Source of the DNA: Lama guanicoe
Lineage: Eukaryota
NCBI GenBank assembly: GCA_013239625.1
Contig: MU053520.1
Span: 400,934-464,933 of the forward strand
Direction: 5' to 3'
DNA: 64,000 nucleotides
Each line of letters opens with the position of its first letter. Within the stretch, counting starts at the first letter, position 1. Of the stretch, positions 23,960 to 35,672 are shown in pieces. A program made the translations under genes and the position numbers. Below the pieces are notes generated by a model. The model saw nothing but the letters and a program-made list of their open reading frames with translations, was not told the origin of the DNA and did no database searches.

Positions 23960-24343
23960 GCCTCAGCATCTTCACCAGAACTTGGTATTTTCAGGTTTTT
24001 TATTTTCTAACATCCTAACATGTGTATAGTAGCATCTCATTGTGTTTTTACATTGCATTTATCTAATAGTTAATGAAGTTGAACATCTTTTTCATGAGCT
24101 TATTTGCCATCAGTATATATGTTCTTCGATGAATTGTCTGTTCAAGCCATTACGGATTTTTAATTGAGTTGTTTATTTTCTTATTTAATTCTGAATATTC
24201 TTTAAATAGTCCAATTACAAGTCCTTTGTTGAATACATAATTTGCAAATATTTTCTTCAAGTTTGTAGCATGTCTCTTCATTGTCTTGACACTGTATTTC
24301 ACAGAGAAAATGTTCTTTAATACTGATGAAAATTAAACTTATC
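23960..24343 (-). mobile_element. Old L1 ORF2 C-terminal fragment
   Basis: catctcattgtgtttttacattgcattt...gttgaacatctttttcatgagcttatttgccatc...tttgcaaatattttct. Confidence 0.85.
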
Positions 24344-24344
24344 A

Positions 24345-25065
24345 GTGCAAATTAAGACCAAATGAAATGCAAGTACACACTTAATAGAATAGAAAACAAA
24401 AGTAAAGTGCTAAGTGTTGGATATGGTGTGTACAAGCAAGAGTCCTCACACAGTGCTTGTGAGAATGAAAAATGGCACACTCTGGAAAAGTAGTTCAGCA
24501 GTCTTTTATAAAGTTAAACTTAAACTTCACCATTTCATGTAGCGTTCCTACATGTAGGTATCTATCTTAGAGAAATAAAAACATCTGTACACACACACAC
24601 ACACACACGCACGAGCATGAATTTTTGTAACATGTATTTTGTTATGTTGACCCACTCAAGCAACTATCCAAATACCTCTCTGCAAAAATAGATTTAAAAA
24701 AAACCCTCTGGTAGCAGCTATAAAAAGGAACAAACTATTAATTCACACAATAACATGGATGGATCTCAAAGGCATTATGATGATGAAAGAACTCAGTCTC
24801 ATCAAATTATGAACAGTATGGTTCTAATTATATGACATTCTGGAAAATACAAAACCGTAATTATTGACACAGACCAGTAGTAAGCAGGAGTTATGAGTGG
24901 AGAAAGGTTTGGCTGCAAAAGACTACATGAGGGTGTTTTCAGGAGTTGAACAGACTATCTGTATCCTGATTGTGATGGTAGCTACATGAATCTATACATA
25001 TGTTTTAATTCTATGTAAAAAATTGAACTCTCTATAAAAAACCAGTATTATGTATGTAAATATAA
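24345..25065 (+). mobile_element. L1ME-type 3' end with internal (CA)n at 24589-24608
   Basis: tgcaaattaagacc...ctctggaaaag...acatggatggatctcaaaggcattatg...ctgtatcctgattgtgatggtagctacatgaatcta. Confidence 0.8.
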
Positions 25066-25991
25066 AAAAACAATGAAAACATTGCTTTCCAAAAACACCA
25101 CCCTCAGAATCATTTTCTTTAAGGAATGAGAAATGGTCCATAAGATGCAATTCAATTTGGTTATACAGATTCTAGTTCGTAAATCAATCAGGAGACACAG
25201 ACTGCCCTCTATGTTCTTTGTTTAAATACAATTCTACAGAATGTTGAACAAAACATTTTGAAAGTCACACTTATTGTTTACATACAATTTTTACAAGAGG
25301 ATATAAGAAGAAATAGGAAATCAGAGTTAGGAAAAATTTTAATGGTGTATAAACAAACATAATATATAGTAACTATAGTAAAATACTTGTAGCTTCATGG
25401 GAAGCAATTTAAAATCTCAACTAAACCTATGTATTCCTCAGATTATATATATATATATATAATTATATATATAAAATTTGTTTGAAATCTTATTATATAT
25501 TATATTGTAATCCATGAGAGTAAGAAATAACAATTCCTTACTATCTTGCCATAGCAGTTAGTTTAAAGATGGTGCTGAAGCTGGTGTCTCTGAGCAAGTA
25601 GACGTGTGAGGGTTTGTGTGCAGATGTTGAATCCTGATGCAGGAGTGGCCTTAGATAGGCTGTTATGCAACAAGACAATTTCATTTTCCTGCTCGACATA
25701 GACATGTCTTAAAGAATGCAGATTCACAGATATTTGTATTACAAATTATTATTTACACATTATTCTCTGTTACTAGTTTGTATGTTCTGTGAAAGAGTAT
25801 TGTTTTCATTAGTTTCATTATCTTCAACACTCTCAGGTATTTTATGCTTTCAATAAAAAATATATATATAACTGAGTGGATGAGAGGATAAAAGATTAAT
25901 AGATTGATTAATTAATTAATTAGGTAAAAGAGCAGTGGTTTTCCCATTTCTTGCCTTCTGTTTAAAATACCAGCAGACCAAAATCAATTTA

Positions 25992-26126
25992 TTTTTAGTT
26001 ATATTATAGGATATACACATCAAGATATATATCTATCTATCTGTATATCTACCTGTATATCTATCTGTATATCTATCTAGACAGACATATATATCCTAGT
26101 GTGTATGTCCTATAAGATGCTAAAAA
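25992..26126. repeat. Imperfect inverted repeat (~40-bp arms) around a TATC/TGTA microsatellite
   Basis: Left arm tttttagttatattataggatatacacatcaagatatatat; reverse complement of right arm tttttagcatcttataggacatacacactaggatatatat. Confidence 0.85.
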
Positions 26127-26787
26127 TTTAAGTCTTAATTTAAGAATAAATGATATTGGAAATGTAATTTTAATTTTCCCAAGACTTCTACTAATATCAC
26201 TTAAAAATATATTGATTAAGTCTACTCAGGTCATCTTCTGGACCACATCAACACCACCTACAATGAAAGTTCTCATTTTTAAAGCTACTTTAGAGATCCT
26301 TGTCTATTTTTCTCCATTTTAAAGAGTATTATCTTTTGTAATAAGTAATTTCCTCCCAGATTCCCAGGTACAGGTTACTAACTTTATCTGCATCAAAGTG
26401 ATTTCAAGTTTCAGTGTGGATTTTGCTGATGTGCCTGGTTTCAAATATTGAGTCATTCCTCTTTCTGGCAGAGGAACCTTGCTTGGTGCCAAGTAATTTA
26501 GAAAGCTAGAAGGAACTCCAGATGGAATTCAGGCATGGCAGAATCAGGTGCCAAGTTTTCCTTTTCCATCAAATGATAAAGCTGGTAATGGAAAGTAACT
26601 TTACAGATCTTTCCTAGTAAGGACAAATGCAATTCAAAGGACCCAAACCAGAAGCTTCTCCCAGGCAGTGGGCCCAGAATTTTCAAAATTCTTGTCCCTA
26701 AACTGGTACCTGGCTCAGAGGAGGCATCTAATTATGGTGTGTTGTTCAACTCAGATGGTATGTGCCTGAGTAGATTATTTTATTTCT

Positions 26788-26818
26788 TTTTCCTCCATAT
26801 ATTATATATGGAGGAAAA
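26788..26818. repeat. Perfect palindrome, 15-bp arms with 1-nt spacer
   Basis: ttttcctccatatat-t-atatatggaggaaaa. Confidence 0.95.
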
Positions 26819-28044
26819 TTATAATTTAGCTATGTCAACTGAGCTCCACATCTCTCCCTGTCATTTTCTCTAGAATTTGCTATATCTTTAAAAATTCTTC
26901 TTGTCAGTATTTCTAGCTTAATTGTTAGCAGTTGGATTCTACAAGGGCTGCATAAACTTGGAAAGTAACTAATTCCCAATACATATTCATCAGTGTGATT
27001 TTATTTAAAGGCAAATGAATAGCATCAGATCATCGTTCTTTCTAGAGTCACAGAATTAAATTACAAACCGTGATGTAAATGTTGACAACAAACAATGCAA
27101 AATAAAAAAAAAAGAGTGTTATTTGATCCATTATATCATCTAGATTTTGCAGTCACAGCAATATTGTTTGGATTGTAGTAAAAAGGCTCTAGGCAAATTG
27201 CATCTTAAAATGGCTCTTGGCAGTTTAAAGAAATGGCCTTTTTTAGCGGTGATGGAATTCAATCAGATATAGAAAACTGTTTTTAGAAGGTCTAATAGAA
27301 TCCCTAAATACATCATGGGAGAGAGCTGCCTAAGTATCTCTTTTGAATAAAAGTATTCTGAGGCAGGTGACATTTCATGAGTTGAGCATGTAACGATAAT
27401 GTAGGATGGTAAAAAAACAAACAAACAAACAACAACAACAAAAAGACCTTGTTTAAAAATTCTCAGCACCTTGTGCTATAGCACTATAGTAAGTGGCCCT
27501 TCTAACCTGGACTTTGGTTCTACTTGGGCATGATTCCAGAACTGTGCCTTAAAATGTTAAGCATCTAAGAGCCTTTTAAAATGCCCAACACCTTGCCAAA
27601 CTGTGCAAACCATTTCTCAAGGAAAAGATTCAGCCTTAAATTATCGTTGGCTATGGAACATGCCATGTTCTATCCCAAGGCACATATTTTATGAATTCTG
27701 AGTTTACTGCAAGGGGTATCAAATACCCTCCTTTAAGAATATGTTAGCCCTTCCATGTGTCGAAGGTGCACTTTCCGTTCAGCCTTTGCCTTGAACTTTC
27801 TCGTGCAGAATGCGTGCTTCTTGCTCTCAGTAGTCCATTCATTTGAGGCTTATTATTGCCTGTGGTAGATGTTGAATAGTGTCATGGATCAGCATTGAAG
27901 TTTTCTACAATTACTGTGAAATGTGGTATTGAGAACAGAGAATGGGCTTTATATAGTCAGTCAGGGCTTTGGAGCTCTGCTTCTAATAGACAAGTTATTT
28001 AACTCTGCTGGACTTTTCAACAACTTTCTAAATATGATAATTGT

Positions 28045-28822
28045 GTTTTTTTAACATTTTTAATTGAGTTTTAGTCATTTTACAATGTTGTGTCAAATTC
28101 CAGTGTACAGCACAATTTTTCAGTTATACATGAACATGTCTATATTCATTCTCATATTTTTTTTGCTGTGAGCTACCATAAGATCTTGTATATATTTCCC
28201 TGTTCTATACAGTATAATCTTGTTTATCCATTCTACATTTTGAAATCCCAGTCTGTCCCTTCCCACTCCCTTGCCCCCTTGGCAACCACCAGTTTGTATT
28301 CTATGTCTATGAGTCTGTTTTTGTTTTGTATTTGTTTTTTTTTCTAAGATTCCACATATAAGTGATCTCATATGGTATTTTTCTTTCTCTCTCTGGCTTA
28401 CTTCACTTAGAATGACATTTTCCTGGAGCATCCATGTTGCTGCAAATGGCATTATATTATCAGTTTTTATGGCTGAATAGTATTCCATTGTATAAGTATA
28501 CCATCCATTGTATTACCACATATTCTTTATCCAATCATCTGTTGATGGACATTTAGGCTGTTTCAATGTCTTGGCTATTATAAATAGTGCTGCTATGAAC
28601 ATTGGGGTGCAGGTGTCTTTTTGAAATGGGATTCCTTCTGAATATATGCCCAGAAGTGGGATTCCTGGGTCATATGGTAAGTCTATTCCTAGTTGTTTGA
28701 GGAATCTCCATACTGTTGTCCACAGTGGCTGCACCAAACTGCATTCCCACCAGCAATGTAGGAGGATTCCCATTTCTCCACAGTCTCTAGAGCATTTGTC
28801 ATTTGTGGACTTTTGAATGATG
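28045..28822 (-). mobile_element. Relatively young 5'-truncated L1 (ORF2 C-terminus and 3'UTR) inside a MIR relic
   Basis: ORFs 28513-28830 and 28120-28488 give [43 protein letters not shown]. Confidence 0.93.
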
Positions 28823-29131
28823 TGACTCAAATAAAATAATGTAATGAGAACATTTATAACAGTGTGGGTAGTGGCTGAGAGGACCTGGTCTAGATTCAGT
28901 AGGCAAGCATTTATTTAACTCTTGACTGTGCCATGTAACAACTGCATAGTGAAATGGAAGTTATGTAACATTTTTAGGTCTCAGTTTCTGTGTCTATAAA
29001 ATGGAGGTGATCATTATGTATAGCCCATAGGATGGTTTAAATGAATATCACATTTAAAATGTATAAAGCATGCATCATCATGACACCTAGCACTTAATAT
29101 GTGCTCAAAATTTCAAAATTATTCTTGTGAT

Positions 29132-29154
29132 TGTGTGTGTGTGTGTGTGTGTGT
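29132..29154. repeat. (TG)n microsatellite
   Basis: Direct reading. Confidence 0.95.
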
Positions 29155-30373
29155 CTATGATCTTGCATTGTTCACTCCCTTGTCTAGTTCTTAAGGGTAG
29201 AAGTCATAAAATAATGTCAAACACTGTAAGGTAACGGTAAGAACACAAGATTTAACTGGGGGGAAGTGTCCTCTGATTGTCTTTTTATAAATAAGTGCTC
29301 TGTCTCTAGCATTATCATTTCCGTAATTAGCTTAGTAAGAAGTCACAATGTAAGGTTTTCCACATTGCACTCATAGGGAGATACTCAACCAAGGATTTTT
29401 GTCAAAGGTTTTCTAAGGCCTCAATTTAAACAGTTTCAAACTAGCATTTTTAAATGAAGAGCTCTTGGAGTAGAACTTTTCATATAGGAAGTTTTCTAAT
29501 TAGCTGTAGTTCTGAGTCCCACTTGATTAACCAAGAATTTGTGTGATTTGATTTCCCAGAAATCATTTCCATTGGTTTGCAGGGCTCTTCCCCCGTGACC
29601 CCATAACTGACATCCTTCTTGAGCCAGATGTCAGTCGTGTCTATCACTATCAAATGGAGTTCAGCAAGGGATTACGGTGGACTGACTGCCTGCACTTTGG
29701 GGATGATAAAGGCTGGAGCCCCTAGACTCTGTCAAATCTAAGAGGGAACATTTTTGCAGATTTACTTTACTGATCCCAGGCCCATTCTTACTGTTTAAAA
29801 AAAAATAATTGGCTTTATATTTGCCACTGAAGACATAGCTTCAAACTCAGATTACTATGGAAATAAATATCACAGTAGTTAACACTCAATAAAATTTAAT
29901 TGGCTAAGCAGTTTAATAACCCTCCTAATTAACTGGATTTCTTAATCTTGATGCTGACTTAGGTCTAAGATGATGTACTTCCCTTCTAGTAATGTAAAAG
30001 GAGGGAATTGCTATGAAGGGATTTTTCTCCTAGTGTCTTATCCAGATATTTTGGCATTATACAGATGCTAAGTGTAACTAATTCATTGTAAAAAAAAAAT
30101 CAAACAAACTGCATCCTTTAGAAAATCAGTACTTACTGTATCTCAGGTAACTTGTTAAATTATTTACAAGCATTAATATTTTTTATCACCTCTGGAGTCA
30201 GTCTGGTGGCTTACAGTCTTCACTGGTAAATAAAGTGACAATAATAATACCAAACTCACAAAGTTGTCATCATGAATAGATAAGAAGCAGATACAGAACA
30301 CTGAGAGAAATGCTAGACATATTAAAAAAAAGTATTCAGGACATGTTAAATAGTATGGTTATCATTATCATTA

Positions 30374-31441
30374 CTTTTTTCTTGTATGTATTTTTGTCGA
30401 AGTATAGTCAGATTACAGTGTTGTGTTAATTTCTGGTGTAGAGCATAATGTTTCAGTCATACATATACATACATATATTTGTTTTCATATTCTTTTTCAC
30501 CTTAAGTTACTACAAGATATTGAACATAGTTCCCTGTGCTATACGGTATACCTGTTTTATATATAGTAGTTAGTATCTGCAAATGCCCAACTCCCAATTT
30601 ATCCCTTCACACCCTGGAAACCATAAGTTTGCTTTCTATGTCTGTGAGTCTGTTTCTGTTTTGTAAATAGCTTTATTTGTCTTTTTTTTTAGATTCCACA
30701 TATAAGTATATCATATGGTAATTTTCTTTCACTTTCTAGCTTACTTCACTTAGAATGACAATCGCCAGTTCCATCCATGTTGCTGCAAGTGGCATTATTT
30801 TGTTACTTTTTATGACTGAGTAGTATTCCATTGTATGACCACACCACAGCTTCTTTATCTAGTCTTCTGTCAATGGACATTTAGGTTGTTTCTATGTCTT
30901 GGGTATTGTAGATAATGCTTCCATGAATACTGGGGCGCATGTATCTTTTTGAATTAAGGTTCCCTACCCTGAGGCTGCCTCTGTGCAGTGGGCCCCAGCC
31001 CTCTCCCGGGCTCATCACTGATCTCCAGCAGCCAGTCCTGGCTTGTCCTGGCCAGCGCACATTTGGGCTGGGGAATCACAGGGACACTCCGGGTCAGTTT
31101 CCCTATGTTCTGTCTGCCAAGTGGCTGCCACTTTCTCCTCTGAGCCTTGGAAGCTCTGCTTCTGTCCCTCCTGACCTCTCAACTGGAAAGGGGTGCATCC
31201 CACCATGAGGGTGCCTTTCTTCCTTTGCCACTCCCTTCCTGCAGAACCAGTCGACACTATTTTTTTGCTTCTTTTTTTCCTTCTTACTGGGTTTTATGAA
31301 AATCCTGTATTTTGAAGTGAGAGACACTCTGCCAGAGTTCAGTAGGTGTTCTGTGTGATTCGATGGGTCTGTAGATGTAATTCTTGGTGTATTTGTGGGA
31401 GAAAGTGAGTTTCTCTACTCTGTCATCTTGGCACCTACCCC
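30374..31441 (-). mobile_element. Mini-L1: ~480 bp of 5'UTR fused to ~590 bp of L1 3' end, with probable TSD
   Basis: 30965-31441 is homologous to the 5'UTRs at 13985-14464 and 38237-38700; 30374-30964 is ORF2 end plus 3'UTR, homologous to 18403-19010; flanks atcattatcatta (30361-30373) and atcattagcatta (31442-31454). Confidence 0.88.
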
Positions 31442-34400
31442 ATCATTAGCATTATCACTCTGTAACATATTGTACTATAATTATCTATACTATCTGATGA
31501 TTATATAATATTATAAAACAGTATTTAAATATATGCATATATTCATGCATGTATATATATACATGTATATACATAATATTATACTATAATGCTAATTTTC
31601 TTATTTTATAGATGAAATAGCTGAAGCTTAGTGTAGTTAAGGAAAATGCCAGTGTCCCAAGGCATGCATGTTTTGAAGCTTGAACTCAAACCCAAGCAAT
31701 TAACTGAAATAATGCTCTATCACTTTTGATCATGTACGTATAGTCTGTAATGTTTTCCAGAGGGAAATTCTTTCTCTAACAGACAAATCTTATAATTTGA
31801 AGAATCAAGCAAATAAGAAAAAGATATTTCCAGCTTAATAAAGCCAGAGAATAATAAAAGAAGTCAGAAGCAGATATTTGCAAGCTTGTTTTAAAAAACC
31901 CAAAGACCTAAGTGTCTGGTAGATAAATTGACATAAATGTGTAAAACAGAGTAGGTGTAAGAATGATGGGACTCATGGCAAACTAGAGAGTATGAACTTC
32001 AAACACATTAATTCTTATCGTGTAGAAATGTGAGTACACCATAACCAATTTCTCACCAAGAGGCTGACTTCCACACATTTATCTGATTTTAAAATGAGAA
32101 TGATTTCAAAATAGTTTAAAGCACTGTAAACTCCAAGTAAAGCTTTCCGCAGATTGAATTTGGCCAATAGGCCACCAGGGTACAGACTGTAAAATAACCT
32201 GTGAAACATGGACTCCTGAGTGATGAACTTCTGATAAACAGTTATATTCCAAAGAATTAAATACTTCTGAATAGCATCTCATACATGAGGAGCTGCACCT
32301 ATTGAAGAAATTCCACTTGGACTCAGTCTCATTCAGGTAGTGAATGAACTGTAGTCAAACTAGGAAATGGAAAATGAATTCTAGCTGCTCTAAGCTCTGT
32401 ACACTCATGTAGTCTTACATTTTCAAGTCCACGTATGACACTGAAATCAGGTCCTGGGCATTCACTTATGATACATTCCTCCATTTCTCCTCCCAAAACA
32501 TTCCAATCAATCTTTTGTGTCTATTTTCTCTTGGTTTCTTGATTTGTATGGACTGGAATCCTGAAATGAACATCTATTTACTTAGTTGCAATCCTGAATA
32601 AAAATGTTAATCCTTGCCTGGTCTCCTGTCTATTGTCTCTAGTTGTCATTTAAAATCCTACCTCATCCTAAACAGATATCTCAGAGGAAAACATTGCACT
32701 ACCTTCCACCTCACAGACATGATTCTACTTGTAGACTTCTACAGCTGAACTTCAACCCCCACCTTCCCCGATTGCACATCTGAACTCTGACAGTAGCAAA
32801 CTGACGCAGACTGGCACACCTAGAATGCATTTAACACTAACACTGTTATTACCGTAACACATTTTTGTTTTTATTGTTATATATGAGTAGTCTTGAGATA
32901 TCTACTTAAACATAGAATTTTATGCATAGTGGCTACAAAACTGTTACACCATGTCGTACAAAACAAAACATTTAGAATTGAGCTAAAAAAAATAAGTAAC
33001 TTTCCTTGATAAGTACTCTGTCTCTATTTTGTCATTTATAATAATTACCATGGTTTTCTAAGAAGTTAAAATGCAGAGATTTCTGATTGCATTTAGGATG
33101 TTGGGAAGTTTCTCTTATTCTAATGATAATCATTCTTAAAATGTGATTTAGTACCTTTAAACTTTTTCATCACTCTATTTTTCAGCCCCCTCATTAGATG
33201 CTAGATCATACTCCTTTTCCTAAGGTTAAATTTTTTGCATGTTTTTCAACCAAAACTAGAGATTTATAGCAATATCAAGAGAAGGAGGTGAAATCACATT
33301 GTTTTAATCTTGAAATGAAAATTAAACACACTGGACCACATAAAGTAGTATATGGAGGTAGATCTTACAATGTCATGTCCTCTAAATAATCTGATGCAAT
33401 GAACTTAAAATGCTTAAAATGACAGCTTTAGAAAATTTAAAAGATTTGACAATAAATACAAAGGCTCTTTTCTACTTCCTAAAGGGAAATGAAATAATCA
33501 CAGGCCATGATTAAAAATATTCTAATTAAGATAAAACATCATTTTTCTTACCAGGGCAATTATCAACATACCTAGAATGAGGAACTGAATTAAATTTATT
33601 TTCATATGTCATCCTTTATACTAAATACCTTCAAATGTGAGGGACAAAGTAATGAGATAATATTTGCTCAGTATTTGAAGCAAAGTGTCCAACTCGTGTG
33701 TCTCAGTGAATTGATCTGTGATTTTTGTGAAAAGGCACCAAAGTAGATAATGTTTATCCTACCCTATTTTCTTCTATTTCACTTTTGCTTTCGTTTTTCA
33801 TTTTCAATCACACAGAATTTGTTATAAGAAAAGGAAGGCAATGCAAGAAGAGGAAAAATGGCAATTGGTGAGTGCGTGGTCAGAGAATGATTGCAGATAT
33901 TTTAATTACAACCAGGGACTAGAAACCAAGAATTCAAGCTCAATATTGAAGGCTGACAATGGCATTGGCTGAAAACCACAGCTTTGTGAGTGTCTGGATG
34001 GATCTCTGTGGAAAAGTAGTGAAGTTATTTCTAGTTTTTAAAGTATTGCCAGATCAAAGGAGTAATGTAAATGCATTTACCTCTTTTTAATGTTCAGGTT
34101 CAGAATGCATGGCACTCTGGTATCCTTCAAAGTGTGATAAAGAGTTTCTCATAATATCCTAGCAAGGTCAGTCAAGTTACTGATAGCCCATTGTGGGGAA
34201 TTTTGCATTACTTCAGAGTGCACAGATAAATGATAAATTTTGCAGCCTGTCACTTGGAAATGAGAAGACCTCTTTCTAAATGTTTAGCTGGTAACTGGTT
34301 GACAATTTTCAATATCACACTTCTCCCCCCACCACCCCACCTCTACCACAACCCCTCTTTAAGAATGAAAAAGAAAAAAAATAGATCTCAAACTATTTGG

Positions 34401-35628
34401 AGCTCAACAACTACGTTAAAGCAGAATTATTGCATGTAACATGCTAGCTATTATTTATTACAAAAATAAAAGCCATCTTGTAAAGAACATAGAGAACTGA
34501 TTCTCATCAATACCTTTTATCTTACGATGAAATATTAGATACAGGTCATTTTAGCACTTATGTCCTTGTAAATACTGCTTTCACCTTGGATCGAACAGTG
34601 ATGTTGCAGGGCTTTTTTCCTTAAACGCAAGTAGCTTGACATTGTACAGGTATTGTCAATACAGTCAGGGACAGTGAAATGGGGAACTGGCCATTTTCAT
34701 GCTTCAAAAACACCACCTAAATATCAAGCAGAGTAACCTTTTCCTCAGGACTCCTTCAAAAATTATTCTATATCAAGTCAGGTAGTAAATGTTTGCCATT
34801 TATTCCATATACCTGTACAATATATTTTTGTATAACACTAAACTCAAGTCCCGTGCCTCAAATTCTTTAATGAATGAATGCTTCAGAACTAACTGTTGAA
34901 AATCAATTATTTTTATGAAACTCTAAGGGTCAAATCTCAGGAATCATTATTTACATGATAAACCAACGGTTTTCCAAAGTGTCATGAAGTGCTATACAGA
35001 AATGTTCTTTATGCCTTTTATATTTGCTTTATTGCTGTATGACATGTTGCTATTTATTGTAGAAAAACAAATCTCAAAGCCAAAATTGGGGGCGCTATTA
35101 GATATCTTTGTCTTATCCAAGGTTTTCTTAATGATTAAACAATGATGTATTAGATGAAGCTATTTGTGAATGAGCTTAGTAACATAAAGACATTTAAACT
35201 GCTAGAAATACTTTAAAAACTCATTTTCTGGTATAATGGGTGGCCTTTAATTTATGTAATTTATTATCGAAGTTGCAGATTCTGAAAAAGTACTTAAAAA
35301 CTTGTTCTTTTTGCTTTTCAGTTATATCTAATGAAACTCTCAAAATAATGTCTCTGTTTATTTGACACAAGAGTGGAAAAAGAATAAGACATTTTTCACT
35401 AAGTTATTAATTTATTTGGTAGGAATGCACTCTGCTTAAAGAGTCTCAAGTATCCTCCACACTTAACTTAGTGAGGTTTTAAATATTGGCATTTATCACA
35501 ATTTAAAGTAAAATACACAGAAACTGGTTTACCCAGACTACCTTTTTCAGAGTATATTGAGAATGTCATTGGCATGCTAGCAAATAGCTGCCTTAAGTGG
35601 ATACAATGTAGACTCACATGTGATTGTG

Positions 35629-35672
35629 TCCCATGTCTTGGCTATTGTAAACAATGCTTCCATGAATATTGG
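35629..35672 (-). mobile_element. Isolated ~44-bp L1 ORF2 C-terminal snippet with no tail
   Basis: ccatgtcttggctattgtaaacaatgcttccatgaatattgg aligns to 28565-28605 and 30892-30933. Confidence 0.75.

Noticed and set aside
29550..29730. STAT-type TTCCCAGAA (29553) and an acceptor-like ttgcag followed by a ~46-codon open frame
   Set aside because: The peptide is unrecognised, there is no convincing donor, and a single motif is within chance expectation.
32270..32345. Possible micro-exon (HLIHEELHLLKKFHLDSVSF)
   Set aside because: Weak acceptor and donor, and no similarity I can recognise.
35080..35100. GGGGGCGCTA, the 3' half of a CTCF motif
   Set aside because: The 5' half does not match the core.
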